From NCBI GenBank assembly GCA_963668025.2, contig CAXXTH010000004.1:1-31324 (forward strand): a stretch of 31,324 nucleotides of DNA, read 5' to 3'. The notes below the pieces were generated by a model. That model was not told the DNA's origin. It saw only the letters and a program-made list of their open reading frames with translations, and ran no database searches. Both the position numbers and the translations under genes were made by a program. Shown piece after piece: positions 1-9,081 of the stretch. Source of the DNA: Candidatus Hydrogenedentota bacterium (GTDB lineage Bacteria; Hydrogenedentota; Hydrogenedentia; Hydrogenedentales; SLHB01). Numbering within the stretch: the first letter of the stretch is position 1; every line of letters starts with the position of its first letter.

Positions 1-2
1 CG

Positions 3-410
3 CGCATCGAGGTGCTTGCCCGGTCGCGGTGTTATGAAACCGAGCCGGTAGGCAAGGTGGACCAGCCTGCGTTTCTGAATTTGGCCGCCGAGATCGAGAC
101 GGACTTGGCTCCGCTTGAACTCCTGAACGCGGCCAAGGATATCGAAACTGGGCTGGGCCGGACTCCTTCGGAGCGGTGGGGGCCGCGCGCCATCGACATT
201 GATATCGTCTTATGGGGCGATCAGGTGTTGGAGACGGAGCGCCTCACGCTGCCCCATCGGGAGTTTCGCCGCCGCGCCTTTGTCTTGATTCCGCTCGCGG
301 AGATCGCTTCGCTCGCGCGTGACCCGGTGACGGGCCTTACGGTGCGGGAATTGGCGGAACGCGTATCGGCGGCGGATGGCTGGGTCCGGCCGGTTTCCGA
401 GGACCACTGA
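3..410 (+). CDS. folK: 2-amino-4-hydroxy-6-hydroxymethyldihydropteridine diphosphokinase (5' truncated by window edge)
   Basis: HPPK motifs YETEPVG..DQPAFLN, RWGPRAIDIDIVL and LPH..RRAFVLIPLAEI; frame is open to the window start; directly upstream of panB. Confidence 0.95.
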   Translation, partial: RIEVLARSRCYETEPVGKVDQPAFLNLAAEIETDLAPLELLNAAKDIETGLGRTPSERWGPRAIDIDIVLWGDQVLETERLTLPHREFRRRAFVLIPLAEIASLARDPVTGLTVRELAERVSAADGWVRPVSEDH

Positions 411-468
411 ACCGCTCCGCTTGGAGCCCAATTGGGACCGGGACGGCAACACGTCACGGTTCAGGAGG
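407..468 (+). promoter_or_regulatory. Putative multi-stem RNA structure between folK stop and panB RBS
   Basis: Outer stem CTGAACCG (407-414)/CGGTTCAG (457-464) encloses three short hairpins; it overlaps the folK TGA and the first bases of AGGAGG (463-468). Confidence 0.4.
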
Positions 469-478
469 ATGAAATGCC

Positions 479-1276
479 ATGCCACGCGTACGAACGACCA
501 CCTTGTTGAAGCGCAAGCAGGAAGGCGAGAAGATCACCGTCCTGACGGCGTATGATTACCCTTCCGCCCGCATCATGGACGCTTGCGGCATGGATGTGCT
601 CATGGTGGGAGATTCCCTGGGCAACAATGTCATGGGATTGCCGGATACGCTGGGCGTCACCATGGAGCACATGCTGCATCACACCGCCATGGTGTCCCGC
701 GCCGCCGAGAGCGCACTGGTGGTGGGCGACATGCCCTTCATGTCCTACCAGGTGAACCCGGACGAGGCCGTGCGCAATGCGGGCCGCTTCATCGCCGAAG
801 CGGGCGCGCATGCGGTCAAGCTCGAGGGCCCCGCCAGCCGGTTTGGCGAGACTATCCGGCGCATCATCGGCACGGGCATTCCGGTCATGGGCCACATCGG
901 CTTAACGCCGCAGTCGGTCCATCAGATCGGCGGCTATAAGGTGCAAGGGCGAGGGGAAGAAGCGGCCGCGCGGCTGAAGGAAGAGGCCATGGGCCTCCAG
1001 GAAATCGGCTGTTTCGCCATCGTGCTCGAACTGGTCACGGTGGACGTGGCGGCGGAGATCTCGTCGATGCTGTCCATCCCGACCATTGGCATCGGCTCGG
1101 GCGCGGGATGCGACGGCCAGGTGCTGATTATGCACGACATCCTTGGCTTCAACGAGCAGCGCCGTTTCTTTAAGATATTTGGAAACGCCCGGGAAGTGTA
1201 CGAGCAGGCGTTTCGCGCCTATATCGAGGAGGTGAAGGCGGGACGGTTTCCCGCTGAGGAGCATGGGCACACATGA
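479..1276 (+). CDS. panB: 3-methyl-2-oxobutanoate hydroxymethyltransferase
   Basis: LTAYD, MVGDSLG, GDMPFMSY, AVKLEG, GHIGLTPQS, GIGSGAGCDGQVL motifs; AGGAGG RBS. Confidence 0.97.
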   Translation: MPRVRTTTLLKRKQEGEKITVLTAYDYPSARIMDACGMDVLMVGDSLGNNVMGLPDTLGVTMEHMLHHTAMVSRAAESALVVGDMPFMSYQVNPDEAVRNAGRFIAEAGAHAVKLEGPASRFGETIRRIIGTGIPVMGHIGLTPQSVHQIGGYKVQGRGEEAAARLKEEAMGLQEIGCFAIVLELVTVDVAAEISSMLSIPTIGIGSGAGCDGQVLIMHDILGFNEQRRFFKIFGNAREVYEQAFRAYIEEVKAGRFPAEEHGHT

Positions 1277-2109
1277 GGATCATAGGTAACGCCGAAGAGA
1301 TGCGCGCGTGGTCGCTTGCGCACCGGGCGGAAGGCAAGGCCGTCGGCTTCGCGCCCACCATGGGCGCGTTGCATGAGGGGCATGCGAGCCTGTTGCGGGC
1401 TTCTGTGGCGCAGAATGATGTGACGGTGTTGAGCATCTTCGTGAATCCCACGCAATTCGCGCCCACCGAGGATTTTGACCGGTATCCACGCACCTTCGAG
1501 GCCGATTGCGCGTTGGCGGAGTCTATCGGCGCGGACGCGGTATATGCGCCCAAGGCGTCCGGCATGTATCCCGACGGCTACGCCACCTACGTGAACGTCG
1601 AGCGGCTAACCCTGCATTTATGCGGGGCGTCGCGGCCCCATTTTTTCCGGGGCGTATGTACGGTGGTGGCGAAGTTGTTCAACGCCGTTCAACCGCATCG
1701 CGCGTATTTTGGCCAGAAGGACGCCCAGCAGGCCGCCGTGATCCGCCGCATGGCGCGCGATTTGGATACCGGCGTCGAGGTGGTGATCTGCCCCATCGTA
1801 CGTGAAGCGGACGGCCTGGCCATGAGTTCGCGCAACCAGTATCTCAGCGCGGAAGAACGCCAGCGGGCCTTGCATATCATCCAAGCGCTTACGCGGGCGA
1901 AAGCGTTGTTTGACGGCGGGGAACGCAAGCCCGAGACGCTCAAAGCGGCCGTTCGTGAAACGATGGGCGCGCTTAGGATAGACTATGTGGAATTAATGGA
2001 TGTGGAGGCTATCGAGCCTGTCGAGGCCATCCAAGGCCCCGTGCTTCTGGCGGTGGCGGCTTGGGCTGGTGAAACGCGCCTGATTGATAACATCGTGCTC
2101 GGCGCATGA
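1273..2109 (+). CDS. panC: Pantoate--beta-alanine ligase
   Basis: PTMGALHEGH, SIFVNPTQF, FGQKDAQQ, READGLAMSSRN, RLIDN motifs; ATGA overlap with panB. Confidence 0.97.
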   Translation: MRIIGNAEEMRAWSLAHRAEGKAVGFAPTMGALHEGHASLLRASVAQNDVTVLSIFVNPTQFAPTEDFDRYPRTFEADCALAESIGADAVYAPKASGMYPDGYATYVNVERLTLHLCGASRPHFFRGVCTVVAKLFNAVQPHRAYFGQKDAQQAAVIRRMARDLDTGVEVVICPIVREADGLAMSSRNQYLSAEERQRALHIIQALTRAKALFDGGERKPETLKAAVRETMGALRIDYVELMDVEAIEPVEAIQGPVLLAVAAWAGETRLIDNIVLGA

Positions 2110-2137
2110 AACGCGGAAGACAAGGAATCGTAAGACT

Positions 2138-2512
2138 ATGCTGATAAGCATGTTGAAGAGTAAAATACACCGCGCGACGGTGACAGAGGCGGATCTGCAT
2201 TATGTGGGCAGCCTGACCCTTGATCAGGATTTGATCGAGGCGGCGGGCATGTTGCCCTACGAACGCATTCAGGTGTTGAATGTCAACAACGCGGAACGCT
2301 TCGAGACGTATATCATCGAAGGGGAGCGCGGCAGCGGCGTGGTGTGTCTCAACGGCCCCGCCGCCCGGCTCGGTGTGCGCGGCGATATCATCATCGCCCT
2401 CACCTATTGCCAAATGGAGCCTGAAGAGGCCCGGGGGCATGTGGCGCGCACCGTCCATGTGGATGAACATAACCGCATCACCAGCGTAGAGCCTTGCCAC
2501 GAAAGCGATTAA
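2138..2512 (+). CDS. panD: Aspartate 1-decarboxylase proenzyme
   Basis: MLKSKIHRATVT, YVGS self-cleavage site, ERFETY, LNGPAAR; ATG at 2138 preferred over the track start at 2084. Confidence 0.96.
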   Translation: MLISMLKSKIHRATVTEADLHYVGSLTLDQDLIEAAGMLPYERIQVLNVNNAERFETYIIEGERGSGVVCLNGPAARLGVRGDIIIALTYCQMEPEEARGHVARTVHVDEHNRITSVEPCHESD

Positions 2513-2594
2513 GCAGCGCCGGGCGGGGGCGGCGATTAACGAGCAGCAAACGCAGGACGCCCCTGCTGTGTTTGGCTGAATATGGAGAAGATGC

Positions 2595-4079
2595 ATGAAT
2601 ACTGTTCGCGTACGCATTGCGCCGTCGCCGACCGGTTTTTTCCACATTGGAAACGCCAAGACGGCCCTCATTAACTGGCTGTTCGCCCGCAAGATGGGCG
2701 GCACGTTCATCCTCCGTCTTGAAGATACGGACACCGAACGCAGCAAGCCCGAGTATTCCCATATCATCCTCGATGCGCTTGCGTGGCTGGGCATCAATTG
2801 GGATGAAGGCCCCGGCATCGGCGGCGAGCCCGAGCGGGGTGAATATGGCCCATACCGCCAGGCGTTGCGGCGCGACATCCATGTCCATGAAGCGGAGCGC
2901 CTGATTGCCGAGGGTAAGGCGTACAAATGCTTTCATTCGCCGGAAGAACTCGAAGCTCAGCGGGAGCAGGCCCGCGCCGAAAAGCGCCCTCCGCGTGTTA
3001 TCAGCAAATGGCGCGACGCCAGCCCGGAGGAAGTCGAAGCCATGGGCGATGCGCCGTATGCCATCCGTTTCCGCGTGCCCGAGGGCGAGACGGTCATAAA
3101 CGATTTGGTGCAAGGCCAGGTCCGCTCGAACAACAAAGAGTTCGACGATTTCGTCATCGTGAAGCCCAACGGCGACCCGATTTTCCACCTGGCGGTCGTG
3201 GTGGATGACGGGCTGATGAAAATCACCCATGTCATTCGCGGCGATGACCACCTGACGAACTGTTTCCGCCATATCATGCTCTTCGAGGCCTTGGGCTATG
3301 AATTGCCCTTATTCGCCCATCTGCCCATGGTGGTGGACGAGGCGGGCAAGAAATACAGCAAACGCCTGCACGGGGCGAATCTGCTCGATTGGCGGGATGA
3401 CGGCTATCTACCTGAGACGCTGCTCAATTATCTCGTGTTGCTTGGCTGGACACCCGCCGAGGAAGGGCGCGAGATCTTCACCAAGGATGAATTGGCGGAG
3501 GCCTTTGACATCAGCCGCTTGGGCAGTTCGCCCGGCAAGTTTGACCGCAAGAAACTCGATTGGCTGAATGGCCAGCATATCCGGCGGCTCACGCCCGTCG
3601 CCCTGCGTGATCGCGTGCTGCCTATCTTGCACAAAGCGGGATTCGATACATCCAAACGCACCCCGGAATGGCTCGCCCGCATGGCGCAGATCTGCCAGGA
3701 AAAAATCCCCACACTGAATGATATCGTGGCCTACACGGACTTTTTCTTCGTGGAACCGGAGGTTTACGAAGAGAAAGGAGTCGAGAAGCATTGGCGTAAA
3801 GAAGGAGTTATTGCGCGTCTCGAAAGCGTGTATGACATGCTGGAGAGTGCGGCCCCGTTCACGCATGAGGCCATAAAAATTAAGTTCGAGGCCAAAGCCA
3901 GCGAAACTGGCGGGTCTTTCGGGCAATATGTGCATCCCACACGCCTGGCCTTAACGGGCAAGAGTGTTGGGCCAGGCTTGTTTGAATTGGTGGAATTGCT
4001 GGGGCAAGATGCCTGTTTGCGGCGCGTATCCAAGGCGATAGACTTTCTGGAGCAAATGGAGGATGGCACGGTTGAGTGA
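2595..4079 (+). CDS. gltX: Glutamate--tRNA ligase
   Basis: RIAPSPTG-FHIGN (HIGH-like), LRLEDTD, ITHVIRGDDH, KYSKR (KMSKS-like); full length with C-terminal anticodon domain (RLALTG..GPGLFE). Confidence 0.95.
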   Translation: MNTVRVRIAPSPTGFFHIGNAKTALINWLFARKMGGTFILRLEDTDTERSKPEYSHIILDALAWLGINWDEGPGIGGEPERGEYGPYRQALRRDIHVHEAERLIAEGKAYKCFHSPEELEAQREQARAEKRPPRVISKWRDASPEEVEAMGDAPYAIRFRVPEGETVINDLVQGQVRSNNKEFDDFVIVKPNGDPIFHLAVVVDDGLMKITHVIRGDDHLTNCFRHIMLFEALGYELPLFAHLPMVVDEAGKKYSKRLHGANLLDWRDDGYLPETLLNYLVLLGWTPAEEGREIFTKDELAEAFDISRLGSSPGKFDRKKLDWLNGQHIRRLTPVALRDRVLPILHKAGFDTSKRTPEWLARMAQICQEKIPTLNDIVAYTDFFFVEPEVYEEKGVEKHWRKEGVIARLESVYDMLESAAPFTHEAIKIKFEAKASETGGSFGQYVHPTRLALTGKSVGPGLFELVELLGQDACLRRVSKAIDFLEQMEDGTVE

Positions 4080-5046
4080 GTTGTTGATTGGCGTGGATCT
4101 GGGCGGCACGAACATCAAAGCTGCGGTTCTCACCCGGGATGGAGAAGTGCTTCGGAGGAATTCCCGGCCTACTTGCGCGGAACGCGGCCCCGAAGTGGTG
4201 ATCGCCGCCATGGTGGAAGCGATTCATCAAACTCTATCCGAGGCGGGCGCTTCGATCAAAGATGCGATGGTGGTCGGCATAGGGTCGCCGGGGCCGTTGA
4301 ATTGGCAGACCGGCACGATTTACCGCACGCCCAATATGCCGGGTTGGGAAGACGTGCCCCTCGCACAGATCATGCAAGAACGCCTGGGCGTGCCTAGTTT
4401 TCTGGACAACGACGCCAATGTGGCCTGTTATGGCGAGTTTTGGCGCGGCGCGGGGCGCGGCGTGGAAAACATGGTCCTTCTGACATTGGGCACGGGCGTG
4501 GGCGGAGGTATCGTGACCATGGGACGGCTATTGCGCGGGCCTGACGGCACGGCCGCGGAAATTGGCCATCTATGCGTCAAACGCGATGGCCGCCAGTGCC
4601 CCTGTGGCGCAAAAGGCTGCCTCGAACGCTATGCCTCCGTCACCGGAATGCTCCGCACCGCCATAAAAGGTATTGAAGGGGGCCACCACACGGTGCTCAC
4701 TTCCATGTGTGGCGATGACCTCTCGAAGCTCACGGGCAAGATGATCTCGGACGCCGCCGCCCAAGGGGATGGATTCGCCCGGTGGGTCATACAGGAGACC
4801 GGCGTCTGGCTGGGGATCGGCATTGGAAGCCTCATCAACTTGCTTAATCCGGATAAAGTGGTGTTGTCGGGCGGCATGATCGATGCCGGTGAAATGCTCT
4901 TCAAGCCCATCCGCGAGACCGCCCGCGCCCAGTCGTTTCCGGAACCCGGGAGCCGCGCGGAGATCGTGGCAGCTGCGCTCGCGCCGGATTCCGGCGTGAT
5001 CGGCGCGGCGGGATGCGCCCTGCAACGGCTGGAAGAGAGGAAATGA
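4063..5046 (+). CDS. ROK family sugar kinase (glucokinase-like)
   Basis: GVDLGGT, NDAN, TLGTGVGGGI, EIGH and Zn motif CPCGAKGCLE; no N-terminal HTH. Confidence 0.92.
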   Translation: MARLSELLIGVDLGGTNIKAAVLTRDGEVLRRNSRPTCAERGPEVVIAAMVEAIHQTLSEAGASIKDAMVVGIGSPGPLNWQTGTIYRTPNMPGWEDVPLAQIMQERLGVPSFLDNDANVACYGEFWRGAGRGVENMVLLTLGTGVGGGIVTMGRLLRGPDGTAAEIGHLCVKRDGRQCPCGAKGCLERYASVTGMLRTAIKGIEGGHHTVLTSMCGDDLSKLTGKMISDAAAQGDGFARWVIQETGVWLGIGIGSLINLLNPDKVVLSGGMIDAGEMLFKPIRETARAQSFPEPGSRAEIVAAALAPDSGVIGAAGCALQRLEERK

Positions 5047-5290
5047 TAGTATACTATTTAACCACAAAGGCACTAAGACACAAGGAAATATGACTTCAGC
5101 TACAACCATAAGAAGAAGATGCTTCAGAACGGTTCAAGATGGTATGTGGCGAGACAGCGGGCTTTGCCTTGTCTTGTTGCGTTTCAGCGTTCTGGTGCGC
5201 CACATTCCATGTCAGGCCGCACTCGCCAGCCATTCGTTTTCGTGTTGCTCCCAGAGCAGCGTATTGCGCCATACAAAGCTGAACCGTTTT

Positions 5291-5345
5291 AGATCCCGTG
5301 GCATGGGCGTCCCGCCCATGCGCATGGCCGGGACGCCCAGGCCAC
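5291..5345 (-). repeat. REP-like palindromic repeat, copy 1
   Basis: Reverse complement GTGGCCTGGGCGTCCCGGCCATGCGCATGGGCGGGACGCCCATGCCACGGGATCT aligns without gaps to the copies at 12054 and 21753; internally palindromic; intergenic. Confidence 0.85.
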
Positions 5346-5409
5346 TGGAGGGGGAAAATCATTCTTCTTGCTACATCTAATCTTGAACCGCTCCAAGTCC
5401 TGTTTTTTT

Positions 5410-6120
5410 TCAAATATCGATGCCTAACTGATACAGCGCCTTTTCCATCGCCTCCGGCCAGCCGCGATTCGCAGCGGGGCTGGCGGGGCTGGGGTGGGGC
5501 ACGCGGCCCATCGTGCAGGAGTTGCCGGGCAATGCGGCGCGGATGCGGTTTTCCGCGAATGCGCCCACGCCCAGCATGTAACGCGGGCGCAGGCATTCGG
5601 CTATGCGCGCCAAGGCGCGATCACAAGCGTCGAATAAGGGGCCGCGTTCTCCCGCAGGGAGCTTGTCGGGCGTTAAGTTGCGGCCCGAGTCTTCCATGAA
5701 ACAGAGCGGGCAATAATTCACGACGAAGAACCGGGCGAAGAATGCCTCGGGCGCGCCGAATCGTGCGCGCGCCCATCCCCATAACCGCGCGCCGCTCACC
5801 TCGCTTCGGGGGCACTGGAATCCTTGAATGGGCCGCTTAGGATGGGTGTGCGCGGGCGCGCCCACGGGCGCTTCGATGCCCATCCAATCGCGCACCATCG
5901 CGATATCGCCGAAAGGCACTCCTGTTTGGGCCATGCCGAAAGGCCCGGGATTCATCCCCACCAGCACGATCTCGCGAGGACCGTTTCCGAATCGTTTAAG
6001 GTAAATATCATGCGGTTCGCGGGCGTATAGCAGGGGGTTATACGCATACGCCACGGGAGGCTCGAAGCGCAACGGTTCGAGCGCGTGGATAAGGTCGTCG
6101 GTGATGGATTGCAGGGTCAT
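5410..6120 (-). CDS. SMUG1-type (family 3) uracil-DNA glycosylase
   Basis: GMNPGPFGMAQTGVPFG, SEVSG.RLW, NYCPL and HPSPASP.AN motifs. Confidence 0.93.
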   Translation of the reverse strand: MTLQSITDDLIHALEPLRFEPPVAYAYNPLLYAREPHDIYLKRFGNGPREIVLVGMNPGPFGMAQTGVPFGDIAMVRDWMGIEAPVGAPAHTHPKRPIQGFQCPRSEVSGARLWGWARARFGAPEAFFARFFVVNYCPLCFMEDSGRNLTPDKLPAGERGPLFDACDRALARIAECLRPRYMLGVGAFAENRIRAALPGNSCTMGRVPHPSPASPAANRGWPEAMEKALYQLGIDI

Positions 6121-6129
6121 GACGCTTCC

Positions 6130-7374
6130 CTAAGAAATCGTGATGTCCGCGAACGATACAAGCCCGCCAGCGGGATCTGGGGCGTAGCCGTAATGATGCA
6201 ACTGGGCTTGTTGGGCGTGGCCTTCGATACATTTCAAGGTGCTGTAAATGGCGTTGACGCCGCAGACGCGGCGCTCGTTCGAGTCTTTCATGACGGATTG
6301 ATACCATCCCGCCGCATCCAGGCCGAAGACATGACCCAAATCTTCGCGGTCGCGTGCAGCGACCGCATTGATTGCGGTCTCGTCTATCTCGAAATCGTCG
6401 CCGAAACAGGGGCCGACATGGGCGAGGTCCGCTCCCGCGATAACGCATGCCGCGCCATCTTGTTCCTCGATGATCTCGCGGCAGGCATGCAGGAATGCCT
6501 CGGGCGCTGTGGGCGGACCGGAGGGATCATCCTGCAAAAACGCGCCGCATAGAACCGGCACGATGCGCACGCTGTCGCCCAGCACATGGGCGAGGAGCAG
6601 CGCTTGAAACTCGATGCTATGCTCCGTGCGGTGTACGAGTTCATATGCAAAGGGATCCCACGAACAGGCGGCGGCCAATCGTTCCACGAGCGCGCCGTCC
6701 GTCTCCATGACGCCCAGCGGCGTATCGAAGTCTTTTTTCGTCAGAATGTAAGGCACAGGGGGCGTATCGTGGGCCACGCCAAAAATGAATACGGTTTTGG
6801 GCGGCGGCGATTGCGCCAAACGCAGATATCCGTGGGCGTATGAGTGCCCGCCCCGCTCGAAATCGATATGGGGCGCGATAAGGGCGCACAACGGCGCTTC
6901 GCTTGGCTGGGCTTGGCCGGGCAATGCGCCAGGCCCGCCTTCGCGCGTAAACAGCCCATCCAAGTACGTGCGCAATTCCCCGGGGTCATCCGGGTAGGAA
7001 CGCCCCGCCATAGCGGCTGGCCGCGTGTCCGAAGCGTGGAACGCCGCGCGCATCGCTTCCTGCATCCGCGCGAATCGCGGGGACAATAGAAAGCCTTGCT
7101 CGTCCAGGTAATCCACGAGTTCCTGGACCTCAGCCGCGCCAATGGTCTGGCCGTCGGTCTCCCGGTGATATTCAGATTGGATATCGGCAATGCCGTGTCG
7201 GCCATCCAACAGCGTGGATATATACATGGCGGCGGGGCTCAGCAGGATGGCGGCGTCCACCACGTTCGAGGGATCGCGCAGGAGAAAGAGGGTTTCACCA
7301 TCCTGTTCCACCTGCTGGACATCGAGTACGCGGATGGGCGGAATATTTCTGTTCGTTTTCATGCCCAATAGCAT
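6130..7374 (-). CDS. amrB: AmmeMemoRadiSam system protein B (MEMO1 family) with N-terminal extension
   Basis: RPAAMAGRSYP, APHIDF, GVAH, EHSIEFQ, ADLAHVG, VCG motifs; start may be 7362. Confidence 0.88.
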   Translation of the reverse strand: MLLGMKTNRNIPPIRVLDVQQVEQDGETLFLLRDPSNVVDAAILLSPAAMYISTLLDGRHGIADIQSEYHRETDGQTIGAAEVQELVDYLDEQGFLLSPRFARMQEAMRAAFHASDTRPAAMAGRSYPDDPGELRTYLDGLFTREGGPGALPGQAQPSEAPLCALIAPHIDFERGGHSYAHGYLRLAQSPPPKTVFIFGVAHDTPPVPYILTKKDFDTPLGVMETDGALVERLAAACSWDPFAYELVHRTEHSIEFQALLLAHVLGDSVRIVPVLCGAFLQDDPSGPPTAPEAFLHACREIIEEQDGAACVIAGADLAHVGPCFGDDFEIDETAINAVAARDREDLGHVFGLDAAGWYQSVMKDSNERRVCGVNAIYSTLKCIEGHAQQAQLHHYGYAPDPAGGLVSFADITIS

Positions 7375-7711
7375 GCCGCAAGCGGCGCTTTACTGCAAGT
7401 CTTAGGATATCTTTCTAAAATATAATATTATACATATTGTATTAATAAAATATCGTAACACTTTAACTGTTAACTTGGAGTTGAGCGCCACAGCTACGAT
7501 GAAAAACCATCTATTATCACACTCTCTTAATCTGCCGGAAAAGTATCTGTAACTAACCCATTTGATTTAAGTTCTTTTACAATTTCCCTAACATCATCAT
7601 CTTTGAGTTCAGACAGAAGGCATACTTTGTTGCCAATACCATTCATTGATGTGCCTATGACTAAGCCTTTTTTCCTATCTACTATCCAAAAGCGATCGTG
7701 AAACAAGTTAC

Positions 7712-9081
7712 GGGTGTTCCCGCAGAATGCTAAAGAAATCCTCGTGTCGGGTCGATAAGTATGCCGGACCCTTAACGGAGGAAGACCGATGGCAGCGATG
7801 GTGACAAGGCGCGACGGCGACACGTTCGAGGTGAGTTTCTCGCTGAGGCTGCGTGGTTCGATGCTCGATATGGAGGAGGCGGTCCAGGAGGCCCTGAACG
7901 GGGTGGGGCGCGCAGTCATGGCCGAGGCCCTGGCCCGTTTCGACACAGACGGCTCGCCCATCCGCGTCGGCGCCACCACCTTCAAAACCAAGGGGCGCTT
8001 CGGCCAGACCTACGAGACGCCCCACGGCCCGGTCCGCGTCGAGCGGCACGTCTACCAGAACACCGCCACGGGCGGGCGCACCTTCTGCCCGCTGGAGCGG
8101 GACGCGCGAATGGTCATGAACGCCACGCCGCGCTACGCCCGGATCGTCAGCGGCAAATACTCCCGCATGGGCGCCGATGTCATGCGCCGCGACCTGCTCG
8201 AGTCGACAGGCCGCGCAATCTCGCGCGACTATGTGAAGAAGATCGGCGATTTTGTGGGCGCCCTGGCGCAGGCCAGGGAGGAGACGTGGGAGTACGAGCT
8301 GCCGGAATTGGACAGGCCGGTCGCGTCGGTGGCCGTGGGCCTGGACGGCACCTGCATGCTGCTCAGGGAGGACGGCTGGCGTCAGGCGATGTGCGGGTCC
8401 ATCAGCCTGTACGACAAGGACGGGGAGCGGCTGCACACGATCTACGCGGGCGCATCGCCCGAGTACGGCAAGCAGACTTTCCTCGAGCGCTTCGGCCGCG
8501 AGGTGGAGCGCGTGAGGGCGAGGCACCCGGCGGCGCTGTATATCGGCCTGGCCGACGGCGCGCCGGACAACTGGAAGTTTTTGACGCCGCGCACGGACCG
8601 GCAGATGCTGGATTTCTATCACGCGCGGGAATACGTGGGGAAGGCGGCGGAGGCGATTCACGGTCATGGCGCGCGCCGCCGGGAGTGGGAGGCGGACTGG
8701 AGTCACCGGCTGAAGCACACGAGGGGCGCAGCCGGACGCTTGCTGGAGGAGATGAAGGCGAGCTTGCCAAGCGTGCGCGCCCAGGCTTGCCGCGAGGAAC
8801 TCGGCAAGGCGATCACCTACTTCGGCAATCACCGCTCGAAGATGCAATACTGGCGGCACACGGCGGAGCGCCTTCCCATCGGCAGCGGAGTGACGGAGGC
8901 GGCGTGCAAGACGCTGATCAAGCAACGCCTGGCATGCTCCGGGATGCGGTGGAAGGAAGCGGGCGCGAGCGCGGTGATCGCGCTCAGGTCGCTGGAGATG
9001 ACCGAGGGCCGTTGGGACCAGTTCTGGCAACACGTGGCCCGCCACGGGGTCAATTGAGGTTATCATATTGAGGGAGCACCC
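7712..9081 (+). mobile_element. ISKra4-family insertion sequence, 1370 bp
   Basis: Terminal IRs GGGTGTTCCCGCAGAATGCTAA / GGGTGCTCCCTCAATATGATAA (17/22); 8-bp direct repeat CAAGTTAC at 7704-7711 and 9082-9089; sharp GC contrast with flanks. Confidence 0.92.
7789..9057 (+). CDS. ISKra4-family DDE transposase
   Basis: GLDGT, LADGA.DNW, LDFYHA.EY and PIGSGVTEAACKTLIKQRL..SGMRW motifs; GGAGG RBS. Confidence 0.9.
   Translation: MAAMVTRRDGDTFEVSFSLRLRGSMLDMEEAVQEALNGVGRAVMAEALARFDTDGSPIRVGATTFKTKGRFGQTYETPHGPVRVERHVYQNTATGGRTFCPLERDARMVMNATPRYARIVSGKYSRMGADVMRRDLLESTGRAISRDYVKKIGDFVGALAQAREETWEYELPELDRPVASVAVGLDGTCMLLREDGWRQAMCGSISLYDKDGERLHTIYAGASPEYGKQTFLERFGREVERVRARHPAALYIGLADGAPDNWKFLTPRTDRQMLDFYHAREYVGKAAEAIHGHGARRREWEADWSHRLKHTRGAAGRLLEEMKASLPSVRAQACREELGKAITYFGNHRSKMQYWRHTAERLPIGSGVTEAACKTLIKQRLACSGMRWKEAGASAVIALRSLEMTEGRWDQFWQHVARHGVN

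Noticed and set aside
5061-5087. ACCACAAAGGCACTAAGACACAAG short iterated motif after the ROK gene
   Set aside because: Resembles small intergenic repeats but occurs once in the window, so it cannot be supported
7466-7526. attC-like 3' end GCTCAAC-TCCAA-GTTAACA downstream of the AT-rich gene on the minus strand
   Set aside because: No convincing complementary 5' arm (RYYYAAC and L box), no integrase and no second cassette
7527-7991. 154-aa minus-strand ORF
   Set aside because: IS antisense fused to the orphaned C-terminal 58 aa of the interrupted gene; not an independent gene
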